Numbered from the stretch's first letter, positions 9,999 to 20,712 are shown. The stretch: 64,000 nt of DNA from Gammaproteobacteria bacterium (GCA_965116495.1 OZ220696.1:928001-992000), one strand, 5' to 3'. Notes: generated from the letters alone by a model not told the origin. Program-made: numbers and translations.

Positions 9999-11324
9999 TT
10001 ATCTGTTGTCTCCGGGAATCCAGTCAGTGCCTGCAAGCGGCACCTTGGCCATGGCGGCTGCTTCCATGGTTAATGCCGCCAGGTCCTCGGGTTCCATGTT
10101 ATGCACGTGGCTCTTGCCGCAGGCGCGCGCCAGGGTCTGTGTCTCCAATGTCAATACCCGCAGGTAATTGGCGAGCCTGCGCCCCCCCTTTACCGGGTCA
10201 AACTTTTCCGCGAGTTCATCGCTCTGCGTGGAAATACCTGCAGGGTCCCGGCCCTCCTGGTAATCGTCGTAATAACCCGATGACGCGCCCAGCTTGCGGT
10301 ATTCCTCTTCGTACTCCGGACTGTTGTCACCCAGGGCAATCAAGGCTGCAACCCCTATGGAAACCGCATCGGCGCCCAGCGCCAGGGCCTTGGCCACGTC
10401 TGCGCCGCTGCGTATCCCCCCGGATACGATCAATTGCACTCTCCGGTGCATATCCATTTCTTTCAGGGCCTCCACAGCCAGCCTTACCGCCGGTAAGGTG
10501 GGTATGCCGACGTGCTCGATAAACACATCCTGGGTTGCCGCGGTGCCGCCCTGCATACCGTCAACGACGATGACGTCCGCGCCTGCCTTGACCGCCAGCA
10601 TGGTGTCGTAATAGGTCCGGGCTGCTCCTATTTTAATGTAAACAGGTATTTGCCAATCGGTAATTTCACGCAGCTCCCGAATCTTTATCTCAAGATCATC
10701 CGGCCCGGTCCAGTCCGGATGGCGGCAGGCGCTGCGTTGGTCGATTCCTTCAGGCAGGTCGCGCATTTCCGCAACCCGGGCGCTGATCTTCTGGCCCAGC
10801 AGCATACCGCCTCCGCCGGGTTTGGCGCCCTGCCCCACCACCACTTCAACAGCGTCCGCCTTGCGTAAATCATCCGGGTTCATCCCATAGCGGGACGGCA
10901 GTAACTGGTACACCAGCAGGTCCGAATGCTCCCGTTCCTCCGCTGTCATGCCGCCGTCTCCGGTGGTGGTGCTGGTACCCACTTCGGAAGCGCCCCGGCC
11001 CAATGCCTCCTTTGCCTGCGCCGACAGGGCGCCGAAACTCATTCCGGCTATGGTAACGGGTATTTTCAGCTCGATGGGCTTTTTCGCATAACGCGTGCCC
11101 AGCACCACGCTGGTATCACACCGTTCCCGGTAACCTTCGAGTGGATAGCGCGACATGCTGGCGCCGAGAAAGACCAGGTCGTCAAAAGTCGGCAATTGCC
11201 GCTTGGCGCCGAACCCCCGTATGTCATATATCCCGGTACGCGCGGCGCGCTGGATCTCGGCAATGACCGGCCGCGGAAATGTCGCGGATTCGCGCAGCCA
11301 GTCCGTATTGTTTTTCTCAGTCAT
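9999..11324 (-). CDS. mgsC: N-methylglutamate synthase subunit C (FMN-binding glutamate synthase family)
   Basis: IAGMSFGALS, GQGAKPGGGG, RSACRHPDW, SGGIRSGADVAKALALGAD. Confidence 0.9.
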   Translation of the reverse strand: MTEKNNTDWLRESATFPRPVIAEIQRAARTGIYDIRGFGAKRQLPTFDDLVFLGASMSRYPLEGYRERCDTSVVLGTRYAKKPIELKIPVTIAGMSFGALSAQAKEALGRGASEVGTSTTTGDGGMTAEEREHSDLLVYQLLPSRYGMNPDDLRKADAVEVVVGQGAKPGGGGMLLGQKISARVAEMRDLPEGIDQRSACRHPDWTGPDDLEIKIRELREITDWQIPVYIKIGAARTYYDTMLAVKAGADVIVVDGMQGGTAATQDVFIEHVGIPTLPAVRLAVEALKEMDMHRRVQLIVSGGIRSGADVAKALALGADAVSIGVAALIALGDNSPEYEEEYRKLGASSGYYDDYQEGRDPAGISTQSDELAEKFDPVKGGRRLANYLRVLTLETQTLARACGKSHVHNMEPEDLAALTMEAAAMAKVPLAGTDWIPGDNR

Positions 11325-11348
11325 CCTCCCCACTCCCGTATCACTGTC

Positions 11349-11514
11349 CGTCATTCCCGCGAAGCTTGCCCCTGCATGCCGTAAGCAGGGGGCGGGAACC
11401 CAATGAAATACTTGTCCCGCAGGGACACTTTATAAGGTGTCGCAAGCGACGGTGTCTTACTGGGTTCCTGTCCCCTGCTTACGGCATGCAGGGGCAAGCT
11501 TCGCAGGAACGACG
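11349..11514. repeat. Inverted pair of REP-like repeats between mgsB and mgsC
   Basis: 11349-11404 and 11459-11514 are near reverse complements; spacer has small hairpins. Confidence 0.8.
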
Positions 11515-11528
11515 AACCACACAGGAAT

Positions 11529-12215
11529 TCAATAAGCATCCACATTGTCAACATCGAAGTGATACAGTTTTCGGGCGGAACCGTAACGGCGAAAATCAGC
11601 CGCATCGACGCCGGTGATGCCCGCTTGTTGCAGTAACTGTTCAACCTCCTGTTCGTGATCTTCTGCCATCGGTTTCTCCACACAATCTGCACCCAGGCCG
11701 GCAACCTTTCCCCTCACATAGATGCGCGCTTCATATAACGAATCACCCAAGGCGGTACCGGCGTCGCCGCAGATGACCAGGCGCCCTGTCTGCGCCATGA
11801 ACGCGCTCATGTGTCCGACGGACCCCCTGACGACGATATCCACGCCCTTCATGGAGATGCCGCAGCGGGAACTCGCATTGCCCTCGATAACAAGCAACCC
11901 GCCGCGCGCGCTGGCGCCGGCGTACTGTGACGCATTGCCCGTCACCCTCACCCTCCCCGACATCATGTTCTCCGCGACCCCGGGTCCGGCATTGCCGCGC
12001 ACCGTAAGCGACGCCCGCTTGTTCATGCCGGCACAATAGTAACCCACGTGCCCGGCTATCGTGACTTCCAGCGGCGCGTCAATGCCTACCCCTACCGCAT
12101 GTTTTCCCTTCGTGTTCGTTACCGACCAGGCGGAACGCTCTTCACTGCCGTTATGCTCGTGCAATGCCTGGTTCAACTCCCTGATACTGACATCGTCCAG
12201 GTTAAACTCACGCAT
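11529..12215 (-). CDS. mgsB: N-methylglutamate synthase subunit B (GXGXG domain)
   Basis: GHVGYYCAGMN, GVAENMMSG, RCGISMKG, FRRYGSARKLYHF. Confidence 0.9.
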   Translation of the reverse strand: MREFNLDDVSIRELNQALHEHNGSEERSAWSVTNTKGKHAVGVGIDAPLEVTIAGHVGYYCAGMNKRASLTVRGNAGPGVAENMMSGRVRVTGNASQYAGASARGGLLVIEGNASSRCGISMKGVDIVVRGSVGHMSAFMAQTGRLVICGDAGTALGDSLYEARIYVRGKVAGLGADCVEKPMAEDHEQEVEQLLQQAGITGVDAADFRRYGSARKLYHFDVDNVDAY

Positions 12216-12218
12216 GCG

Positions 12219-13115
12219 TCAATGACTCCAGCTATAGACCGTCGCCGGTTCGGGTTCCCAGCATTCGGCCTGGTCGGCGCCGGGCAATACGGCAATTGCA
12301 CGGTATTCCGACGCCATTGCCACCCAGTCGGCAGTTTCCGCCATCACCGCAGGCTTGCAGGCGATCGGGTCGCGCAGGACGGCAAAACCGTCCTTTGTGC
12401 CTATGGCGAATGTAAAAAAACCGTCCAGGTCCTGCAACGCCGCCTGCAGGGCTTCATCAAGCGACATGCCCTCACGCATGCGCCAGGTCAGGTAACCTGC
12501 CGCCACCTCGCTGTCGTTATCCGTATGGATATCGATACCCCGTTTTATGAGAAACTCACGTAAGCCGTTATGATTGCTGAGAGACCCGTTATGGACCAGG
12601 CACAAGTCCTCGCCTGTGGAAAAAGGATGCGAATGTTCAGTGGTCACCGCACTCTCCGTAGCCATGCGCGTATGTCCCAGGGCGTGGGTACCTTGCATCC
12701 GGGTGACGCCGAAACGTTCAATCACCTCCGACGGCAGGCCTTTTTCCTTGTATATTTCAATACTGGTGCCCGTACTGTTGACATGCAACGCCGGATATTC
12801 CCGGGCAACCCATTCCCGGAACCTGCCTGCCGGCACGGTGGTGGTCACTACGGCATGGTTTTGCGCCGGACTGACGCTGCCGAACCCCGGGAATACCCGG
12901 GACATCTCATCGTCCATCTGCTGCCAGTCGAACTCCGTCTCCGGGCTGAGCAAGGTTATCTTGGCCATTGCTTCAGGCGCGCTATCACGATAGACCGCTA
13001 TACCGGTACTGTCGGGACCCCGTTCCGCCATCTCCAAAAGCATCCGCGCAACCAGTTCTCCCAACTGATCTTCAATGAACGGGGATTTACTGAATAAGCC
13101 GACTATTCCGCACAT
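12219..13115 (-). CDS. mgsA: N-methylglutamate synthase subunit A (class II glutamine amidotransferase)
   Basis: MCGIVG nucleophile, RGPDS, GHTRMATES, HNG, DSE. Confidence 0.9.
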   Translation of the reverse strand: MCGIVGLFSKSPFIEDQLGELVARMLLEMAERGPDSTGIAVYRDSAPEAMAKITLLSPETEFDWQQMDDEMSRVFPGFGSVSPAQNHAVVTTTVPAGRFREWVAREYPALHVNSTGTSIEIYKEKGLPSEVIERFGVTRMQGTHALGHTRMATESAVTTEHSHPFSTGEDLCLVHNGSLSNHNGLREFLIKRGIDIHTDNDSEVAAGYLTWRMREGMSLDEALQAALQDLDGFFTFAIGTKDGFAVLRDPIACKPAVMAETADWVAMASEYRAIAVLPGADQAECWEPEPATVYSWSH

Positions 13116-13121
13116 GACACG

Positions 13122-13301
13122 CTACGCAGGCAGGCACTGGGATAGACCTGCCTGGTTCGAGACCTCGGCGACAGTCATTTTCAGTTGTTTGCAAAATTCC
13201 CGGATCCGGGCACCGATCGCCCCGGCAAGTAAGCGGTCTTTCTCTCCGACATCAGGCAGCCGGGTAATACTGCTCTCGTATTGTTTAACCGAAGTTGACA
13301 A
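13122..13301 (-). pseudogene. Truncated XRE-family HTH regulator
   Basis: TTG start with AGGAG RBS; AIGARIREFCKQLKMTVAEVSNQAGLSQ stops inside the HTH, 6 nt before mgsA. Confidence 0.65.
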
Positions 13302-13420
13302 CAGGCTTCTCCTGTGGAAGAAAAACAAAATTGTCAGTGCGCACATTTTTTGTAATAGTTGCATGGTTGTTCAGTTTACTATAAATATGTCCCGGATCAG
13401 GCGTCAGTGAGAAATGCGGG

Positions 13421-14599
13421 CTAGAGGTGCTTTTTCTGTGCAATCAACCCCGGGACCAGGACGACGGCACTGGCGATAAACAGCACGGTCGCCACGCTGT
13501 AGACGTGGTCATAACTGCTGCTGCCGAGTATGGTTGCGGCGATAAAGGGCCCGATGGCATATCCCAGAGTCTGCATGCAGATGCCGTAGATCACCACCTT
13601 GCCCCTGCGGTCGAACGAGGCCATTGTCGCCAACAGGTAGGGCATGCTCACGTTCCAGAGGAAATTGAACAGGCACACACCCAGGGCGAAATGGAACAGG
13701 GCGATCTCGCCCACTAGTATGTAGATGCCGATAGCGGTACCGATGATACTCACCTGCAGGGGTATGATCCGGCCAATGCGCAGCTGCAGGACTACGGCGA
13801 CAAAAGCCCCGACAATGCCCAGGAACTGGGAGATGGTCAGGACGTTGGCCACGGTCTGCTCGGCGATGCCGGCTTCCAGCCCCAGCAGGAACAAGTAGGC
13901 CCAGACGATACCGATGGATGTGTTGTAGACCAGGATGGCAAGCAGGGACACCCCTTTTAAGCGCCATGAATAACCGACTTTCTCAGGCACCGACAGGTCC
14001 AGGTGGTGGACGCCGGAGCGCGGCAGGTAGCGGGTGAAAAACAGGCCCGAAACATTGAACAGAGCAAAGAACACCAGCACGCCGTTCATGCCTATGCTCG
14101 CGAACGCGGTGGGCATAACCAGTATGCCCAAGGCGCCGTAGATCAGCACCCAGGTGATGATGTAACCAAAATTCCTGTCGGATTTATCGGTGAGGCCCAT
14201 CATGGCGAAGGTCAGCGACATCAGTCCGCCGGAGCCCATACCGGTGAGGAAGCGCACCGCTGCCAGCGAATTGAAATCCACCAGGGACAGGGACAGGAGA
14301 TTGCCCGCGGCGGCAATGATCAGGCACAACACTGCCAGTTTGCGCCAGTCGAAGTGCGCCTCCATAAAGATGACCAGGATAGTGGTGCAGGCGATGCCGA
14401 ACATCTCTGCGGAGGCGATATAACCCGCCTGTTCCTCGCTGAATGCCAGGTGTTCGACCAGGCCCTGGACATAACCCGGCTGGAGGATGAAGACACAGGG
14501 CGCAATCACCGCAATATAGACAATCGCGCTGATCGACACGCGCGAATTCACATGCACAGGATTCGTACCATTCCCCAATAGCCATTGCATAGGACTCAC
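13421..14599 (-). CDS. MFS transporter
   Basis: About 12 hydrophobic segments; RFLTGMGSG. Confidence 0.85.
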   Translation of the reverse strand: MSPMQWLLGNGTNPVHVNSRVSISAIVYIAVIAPCVFILQPGYVQGLVEHLAFSEEQAGYIASAEMFGIACTTILVIFMEAHFDWRKLAVLCLIIAAAGNLLSLSLVDFNSLAAVRFLTGMGSGGLMSLTFAMMGLTDKSDRNFGYIITWVLIYGALGILVMPTAFASIGMNGVLVFFALFNVSGLFFTRYLPRSGVHHLDLSVPEKVGYSWRLKGVSLLAILVYNTSIGIVWAYLFLLGLEAGIAEQTVANVLTISQFLGIVGAFVAVVLQLRIGRIIPLQVSIIGTAIGIYILVGEIALFHFALGVCLFNFLWNVSMPYLLATMASFDRRGKVVIYGICMQTLGYAIGPFIAATILGSSSYDHVYSVATVLFIASAVVLVPGLIAQKKHL

Positions 14600-14643
14600 C
14601 CTCCTTATGGCAATCGTTGTACTAGACGGTCAGATTATTCGAC

Positions 14644-16017
14644 TCAAACACTACCCAGAACATCGAGTAATATATCCACGGCCTTGTTCATGTACTCGCG
14701 AGTGATGGTCAACGAGGGCATCAGCCGCAGCACGTTGCCGTTACGGCCACAGGGCACCATGATGATACCGTTCGATAACAGGCCCATGACCACCTTCATC
14801 ATCGTATCCTGGTCGGCGGGTTCCCGCGTCTCCCTGTCCATCACCAGTTCTATGCCGATCATCAGCCCCCTGCCCCGCACTTCACCGATGATGGACAGGT
14901 TCCCACTGGCGGCCTGTAACCGGTCCAGTACTTCCTTGCCCACCTGGGCCGCCCTCTGCACCAATTCGCCTTCCTGGATGATGTCGATATTGGTCATGGT
15001 TACCGCAGAAGATACCGCATTGGCGGCAAAGGTCTGGGGTTGTGACATGTCGTCAAGCTGTTGCGCCAGGTCCTTGCGCATGATGACACCGGCCATGGGC
15101 AGGTCTCCACCCATGCCCTTGCCGAAGGTGATCATGTCCGGTTTCACCCCGGCGTGTTCGATGGACCACATCTTGCCGGTGCGGCCGGTGCCCGCCTGAA
15201 CCTCGTCGGCGATAAACAGGGCGCCGTGTTTTTCACAGGCGGCTTTAACCCGAAGGAAGAATTCGGGCGCCGGCGGCACGTACCCCCCTTCCCCCTGCAC
15301 GGGTTCGACGATGACGGCCGCCACGTCATCCGCCGCGGTATACGGTGTATTCAACAGGTAATCCACGTAGTCACCGCAAACTTCCTCGCAGGACTTGTCT
15401 CCAAGGGGCAGTGGGAAACGGTAGGCGTAAGGGTAAGGTGCGTGTATGACGCCCCCCATGAACGGGCCATAACCCTTGCGGTACTGGGCGCCGGTGGTGA
15501 TGGCATTGGAGGCGGCCCAGACACCGTGGTAGGCGCCGTGGAAGGCCATAATCTGGTGGCGCCCGGTCACCCGGCGGGCAAACTTGATGGCGCATTCCAG
15601 TGCGCCGCTGCCACTCTGGGTGAAATAACTGATACAGTTGTTCCTGAGGCCCGGCGGCGCGATGGAGGCGATCTTTTTCGCCAGTTCCCCGCGCTTGGTA
15701 TTACTGATATCCGAGGCGTGCATGAGAATCTTCGACTGGCGTTCCATGGCCTCGATAACCCTGGGATGGGACCGGCCGACGCTGCTGACCCCGACACCGG
15801 CAGACACATCAATATACAGGTTACCGTCCGGATCCTTCACCGTAACCCCCTTGCCCACATCGAACACAAGCGGAAAACCGCCGCCACCCCGGGTCATCGA
15901 TTCAAATTCCGGCGCTTCGGCGAGCAACTCTCCGGCCTTCGGGCCAGGGACACTGCCGGTAACTATCTTCGGTGCATCGGGAAAGGAAAGTTCTGCCAGT
16001 TGCTGTTCCGACATCAT
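14644..16017 (-). CDS. Class III PLP aminotransferase (4-aminobutyrate aminotransferase-like)
   Basis: FHGAYHG, EPVQGEGGY, FIADEVQAG.GRTG, TFGKGMGG; AGGAG RBS. Confidence 0.9.
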   Translation of the reverse strand: MMSEQQLAELSFPDAPKIVTGSVPGPKAGELLAEAPEFESMTRGGGGFPLVFDVGKGVTVKDPDGNLYIDVSAGVGVSSVGRSHPRVIEAMERQSKILMHASDISNTKRGELAKKIASIAPPGLRNNCISYFTQSGSGALECAIKFARRVTGRHQIMAFHGAYHGVWAASNAITTGAQYRKGYGPFMGGVIHAPYPYAYRFPLPLGDKSCEEVCGDYVDYLLNTPYTAADDVAAVIVEPVQGEGGYVPPAPEFFLRVKAACEKHGALFIADEVQAGTGRTGKMWSIEHAGVKPDMITFGKGMGGDLPMAGVIMRKDLAQQLDDMSQPQTFAANAVSSAVTMTNIDIIQEGELVQRAAQVGKEVLDRLQAASGNLSIIGEVRGRGLMIGIELVMDRETREPADQDTMMKVVMGLLSNGIIMVPCGRNGNVLRLMPSLTITREYMNKAVDILLDVLGSV

Positions 16018-16135
16018 GATAGTCTCCTGTGTAATCGAAGGTGGATTGGTTATAGGCAATCGGTGTAATTTGTCCCACCCGGGCTGACGGGGTAAAGTCG
16101 AGCGTCCGGCATATTCAAAACTGTGCTACCAGGTA

Positions 16136-17197
16136 TCAGCCGGAGCTTTTATCAGCCGCATGTTCATTCGGGAGCAGCGGCCAGAAGCGGAAATAATCCA
16201 GCAAAATCACCAGCACGGGGAAGGTCAGGCCCAGCAGCGCATTGGCCAGCCACAGTTCCTGCTGGTAGTGGCCTTCCGGTCCGGCAACCAGGGGCCCGGA
16301 CACGATCGGTCCCATGTACAGGTAAATTCGCTGTAATATAAATGCTGCCACCGTACACAGCAGCACAAGCAGGATTCCCCTGAGAGGTTGCTCCATATTC
16401 TTCAGCAATCCGCCCTGGAAAAAGGTCAGGGGCACAAAGGTCCCGAAAATGAACGATATGGGCACCAGCACCAGGTACCTGACCTGGTCCATACCCAGCA
16501 CCATGGTACAGACAGAGTAAAGCAGTCCCCCCAGCGCCGCCACAATAGCCGTTGAGGCCAATACGCCGAGGGTGGGATTCCTGATGGCCCGTACCGGCCA
16601 GCCTTCAAACAGCGGGAAGACCATGATAACCGCAACAGTCGATACGCCCACTGCCAACGGACTCCACGCCATAAATAATCCGCCCGGGTCGGCGTCCGCG
16701 AAATACACCGGCGCCCCTTCCAGGAAACTGAAATCAAATAACAAATGAAAGATTGCATAGCCGCCCAGGTAGGCGACGACCAGCACGCTCAGGCCGATTA
16801 GCAGCGGGTTGCTGCAGAAAAGTGTCACCGGCCAGCAATGCCAGAGGGCCACATACCAGAAGGTCACTACGACTACCAGGATGGAATACATCATCATCAT
16901 GGGGGTAATGCCGTGGCCCTTGCCGACAAGATGATAGGACACGAAAGCCAGGGACAGCCCGACTGCCATCGTGATCAGTGTCATCACCAGGCCCTTCAGC
17001 GGCTGTGGTATCGTTGTCAGCAATGCCGGGTAATTTGTCTGCCAAACCATGGCCATGATGAGTTGCATGGGTACCAGCGCCATAAACAACCATGCCACCC
17101 AGGTACTGAATGTGGCCTCCTCAAACAGGCTGATGATACCCAGTGAAATAATCACCACAGCGATCAAACTGATGACTCCCAGCAAAGGCTGTTTCAT
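16136..17197 (-). CDS. Polytopic membrane protein, possible transporter
   Basis: About 10 TM segments with an internal two-fold repeat (QPLKG/QPLRG, WP motifs); ATGA overlap with upstream gene. Confidence 0.7.
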   Translation of the reverse strand: MKQPLLGVISLIAVVIISLGIISLFEEATFSTWVAWLFMALVPMQLIMAMVWQTNYPALLTTIPQPLKGLVMTLITMAVGLSLAFVSYHLVGKGHGITPMMMMYSILVVVVTFWYVALWHCWPVTLFCSNPLLIGLSVLVVAYLGGYAIFHLLFDFSFLEGAPVYFADADPGGLFMAWSPLAVGVSTVAVIMVFPLFEGWPVRAIRNPTLGVLASTAIVAALGGLLYSVCTMVLGMDQVRYLVLVPISFIFGTFVPLTFFQGGLLKNMEQPLRGILLVLLCTVAAFILQRIYLYMGPIVSGPLVAGPEGHYQQELWLANALLGLTFPVLVILLDYFRFWPLLPNEHAADKSSG

Positions 17198-19332
17198 GTT
17201 GTTCTGTTCTCCTGTGCTGCTTTATTAACCTGGCACATCAACCCTTTCAGGTTCGTGGCCCCCATGCCCGGGTCCAGCCCGCCGGCATCCTCGGTGAGCA
17301 TATTGATATTGGACTCTAACTGAACTTCAATATCCGTGCGATCTTTTTCCGGGAACCACCAACCCCACTCGGCACTGACGACTCTCGGGTCGATACCGTC
17401 AAACAACCTGGCCCGGAACTTGACCTTGCCGCGCGGCGATTCGATATGGACCCAGTCGCCGTCATCGATGCCCCGCGCCGTTGCCGTATCCGGGTGCATT
17501 TCCACCAGGGGATCGGGATGCGTACGGCGTAAATAATCGCCCTGGCGGTGCTCGGAGCCAAAAAAGTTGAATATCCGCTGGCCGGTGATCAACACCAAAG
17601 GATATTTTTCCACAAACTCGGGTTCCCGTTCCGGGCTTTCCGGCGGTTCCACATAACCGGGCAAGGGGTCATAGCCCCACTCTTCGTATTTATGCAGGTA
17701 AAAATCCAGCTTGCCGGATGCCGAGTTGAAACCGTCCTTTTCATACTTGCGGTATTTCACTTCCGTTTGAATATACGGCATTTCCCTGAATTCATCCCAG
17801 GTCAACCCGGCAGGCTCAAGGATGTGGTCCAGGGACTCTTCATAACTGTCCCAGAAATGCTCCGTAAAGCCCAGTTTCCGACCCAGTTCATTGAGTATCA
17901 GGTGATCCGGTCGGGCTTCGCCCTCCGGTTCCACCGCCTTGTTGCGGGGAAAGACATAACCGTGCACCTTCCAGTAATCGGCAATATTGTCATTTTCCAG
18001 CCAGGTGGCCGCCGGCAACACGATATCCGCCAGTTCCGTAGTCAGCGTAGGGAAAATGTCTACGGCTACGAAATACTCCAGCTTGTCTTTCAGGAGGTTA
18101 TAAACACGTCTTGAGTTCTCGCGCGCGGTCAGTGTATTACTGGCGAATATCACCATCGCCCTGACCTGGTAGGGATCTGCTTCTTCGATGGCGTCCCAGA
18201 CCACGTGGGGTGTGATCCGGTTAATGGTTGCCCCGAGTTTATAACTGTCTGCTCCCAGCATTTTGGCATGCTGCTCCGGCGGCAACCGGTCAAACATGGA
18301 GAATTTCGCCCGCGGCAGACCCGGCGGCAGACCAAAAATCACGTTGCCGCCCGGCACATCCAGGTTACCGGTCAGTGCAACCAGGTAGATCAATGCCCGG
18401 TCGGCATCGACACAGTTGATGTTCTGTTCTATACCGACCCCCCACTGCATGGCCGCCGGCCCGGTAGTGGCATACAGCCGCGCCGCCTCGATAATCTTCT
18501 CCTTCGGCACCCAGGTGATTTGTTCGGCGCGTTCCGGCGTGAACTCTTCGAGCCGTTCGACAAACTTGTCAAAACCGGTGGTGTAATTCTCCACGAAGTG
18601 ATGATCGTAAAGGTCCTCTTTCACTATGACATGCATCATGGCCAGGGCCAGGGCCGAATCAGTGGCGGGGCGGATCTGCAGAAACAGGTCAGCCTTATCG
18701 GCCAGTTTTGTGCGGCGCGGGTCGATCACAATAAACTTCGCTCCATTTTTTAATGTCCTGGCCAGGTTGATGCCCTTGTTTTCATCCGGGTTGGAAATGA
18801 GGTGATTACTGCCCCAGGCCACCACACAGGCCGGGTTGTTGTCATAGTCGCAAAGGGATATATCCATCCCCATCAATTTTGATATCGCCACCCGCGGCAG
18901 ATAACACATATGCCCCGGCGTAAGCACATTGGGCGAACCGAAGAGATTGGCCACACGATAGACAAAACGATGGAAATCGCGGCCGGTGCCGTGGCCGAAA
19001 ACAACGGATTCTGCGCCTGACTCCCGTTTGAATTGATTCAGCTTTTCGGCTATTTCGGTCAGCGCCTCCTCCCAGGAGATACGTTCCCACTTTCCCTCCC
19101 CACGGGCGCCTGCCCGCCGTAGAGGGTGCAATAAACGGTCGGGATGGTATTGTAATTCAATAGACCCGTATGCCTTTTTGCAGGTATAGCCTTTACTGAC
19201 CGGATGTGCCTTGTCCGGTTTAATCTTCACAACCTTGCCGTCTTCCACAACGACATACACGCCGCAACCACCATGACCGCAAGAACGGCAGATTGTACGA
19301 ATCGATTGTTGATTATCTACATTTGTTTCCAT
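17194..19332 (-). CDS. Molybdopterin oxidoreductase, acetylene-hydratase-like (DMSO reductase family)
   Basis: CRSCGHGGC...C Fe-S motif, WERISWEEAL, PGHMCY Cys ligand, IDPRRT, GYDPLP.Y.EP, molydop-binding domain; no Tat signal. Confidence 0.85.
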   Translation of the reverse strand: METNVDNQQSIRTICRSCGHGGCGVYVVVEDGKVVKIKPDKAHPVSKGYTCKKAYGSIELQYHPDRLLHPLRRAGARGEGKWERISWEEALTEIAEKLNQFKRESGAESVVFGHGTGRDFHRFVYRVANLFGSPNVLTPGHMCYLPRVAISKLMGMDISLCDYDNNPACVVAWGSNHLISNPDENKGINLARTLKNGAKFIVIDPRRTKLADKADLFLQIRPATDSALALAMMHVIVKEDLYDHHFVENYTTGFDKFVERLEEFTPERAEQITWVPKEKIIEAARLYATTGPAAMQWGVGIEQNINCVDADRALIYLVALTGNLDVPGGNVIFGLPPGLPRAKFSMFDRLPPEQHAKMLGADSYKLGATINRITPHVVWDAIEEADPYQVRAMVIFASNTLTARENSRRVYNLLKDKLEYFVAVDIFPTLTTELADIVLPAATWLENDNIADYWKVHGYVFPRNKAVEPEGEARPDHLILNELGRKLGFTEHFWDSYEESLDHILEPAGLTWDEFREMPYIQTEVKYRKYEKDGFNSASGKLDFYLHKYEEWGYDPLPGYVEPPESPEREPEFVEKYPLVLITGQRIFNFFGSEHRQGDYLRRTHPDPLVEMHPDTATARGIDDGDWVHIESPRGKVKFRARLFDGIDPRVVSAEWGWWFPEKDRTDIEVQLESNINMLTEDAGGLDPGMGATNLKGLMCQVNKAAQENRTT

Positions 19333-19362
19333 CTGTTCATCCGCAAGTCAATTACTGACATA

Positions 19363-20712
19363 TTAATCCTTTATCTCTGCTGCAAGATAGGTAACTGCTG
19401 CCCAGGCCGCGACATTTTGTTTCAACTGCGCGGGGTCGATCTTGTCCAGGGTGTCATCTGCCGTGTGGTGGTAGTCAAAATAGTCGGAACCGTCCTGCCG
19501 TAACCGGAATATGCGCACGCCCTTGTCCTGCAAGGGTCCGATATCGGGGCCACCGGAACTGGCAGCCTCCCCTTTTTTAACACCCAGTCCTTCCAGCACG
19601 GGCATGGCGCTGTCCATCAATACGGGATTATCGGTATCTAAGCGCCAGACCGGTCCTGCGCCAAAGTCCGATTCGGAGGCATAGAGGTGATCGTCCAGGA
19701 TGCCGGCATTGGCCGCCACATACTGCTTCGCCCCCCATAGACCGGCTTCCTCATTCCCGAACAGCACCAGTCGGATACTGCTGCGCGGTTTACGCGGCAG
19801 TTCACCTACCAGGTGCGCAGCAGCAGTGGTAATGGCAACGCCTGCCCCATCGTCCAGCGCTCCCGTACCCGGATCCCAGGAATCCAGGTGGGCGCCGATC
19901 AGCACCACTTTTTCTGGTGTTTCACGGCCGTTGACCTGGGCGATCACGTTCCAGGAGTGACCGATCTCCCGGTAGGCGACTTTAATATCCAGGGAGATCC
20001 TGACGGTTTCAGTACGCTCCATGATGCGCACCAGTTGATCTGCATCCGGTGCGGAAAGTGCTGCCGCAGGCAAGGGGTTTTTGTTCAGCGTTGATACGCC
20101 GGTATGAGGAAAGCGGTGGCTGTCGGTGCCGATAGAACGGATCAACACGGCGACAGCCCCTTTTTCCTTGGCCAGCGACCCCGCTTCATAACGGACCACG
20201 ACGGAATTGCTGTAACCTTCCCCGGTGCGGGAGCGTTCGGTAAAATAGTTGATAAAAATAATCCTGCCTGTCGTCTGTTCCAGGGGTGCGGCCTCCAGGG
20301 CCTCCAGACTTGCGAAACCGGCCACGTCTGCAACGATCTCACCGCCGGTAGACCCGCTGTAACCCAGTGCGGTGATATGCAGGTCCTGCGGAAAAGGAGA
20401 CACAATCCTTGCAGTTTCGTGATGGCGGGTCCAGACGGGAAATTCGATGCGCTCAAGCCATACTTTATCGAAAGAGAGCGACTCCAGTTTCTGTTTCGTC
20501 CACTCGACTGCGCGGTGATCCGCTTCCGTGCCGGCAAGGCGGGAACCCACCTCCGTGGTCAACCCTTCGACAATCTCCCAGGCCAGGTCGGATGCCAGAC
20601 CTGCCTCCCGCAACTGCACTGCCGTGCTGTGTACGGTATCATCCTGCGCCGGCGCTACCTGGAACAGCAGGAATAATACTGATGCCGGCAGCAAGCGGTT
20701 CATATCGGTCAT
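19363..20712 (-). CDS. Exported M28/M20 metallopeptidase (carboxypeptidase Q-like)
   Basis: Signal peptide from MTDMNRLL; IGAHLDSWD, GALDDGAG, NEEAG, YHHTADD. Confidence 0.9.
   Translation of the reverse strand: MTDMNRLLPASVLFLLFQVAPAQDDTVHSTAVQLREAGLASDLAWEIVEGLTTEVGSRLAGTEADHRAVEWTKQKLESLSFDKVWLERIEFPVWTRHHETARIVSPFPQDLHITALGYSGSTGGEIVADVAGFASLEALEAAPLEQTTGRIIFINYFTERSRTGEGYSNSVVVRYEAGSLAKEKGAVAVLIRSIGTDSHRFPHTGVSTLNKNPLPAAALSAPDADQLVRIMERTETVRISLDIKVAYREIGHSWNVIAQVNGRETPEKVVLIGAHLDSWDPGTGALDDGAGVAITTAAAHLVGELPRKPRSSIRLVLFGNEEAGLWGAKQYVAANAGILDDHLYASESDFGAGPVWRLDTDNPVLMDSAMPVLEGLGVKKGEAASSGGPDIGPLQDKGVRIFRLRQDGSDYFDYHHTADDTLDKIDPAQLKQNVAAWAAVTYLAAEIKD

Noticed and set aside
17194-19332. 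True acetylene hydratase
   Set aside because: The catalytic Asp after the second Cys is absent; only family membership is supported.
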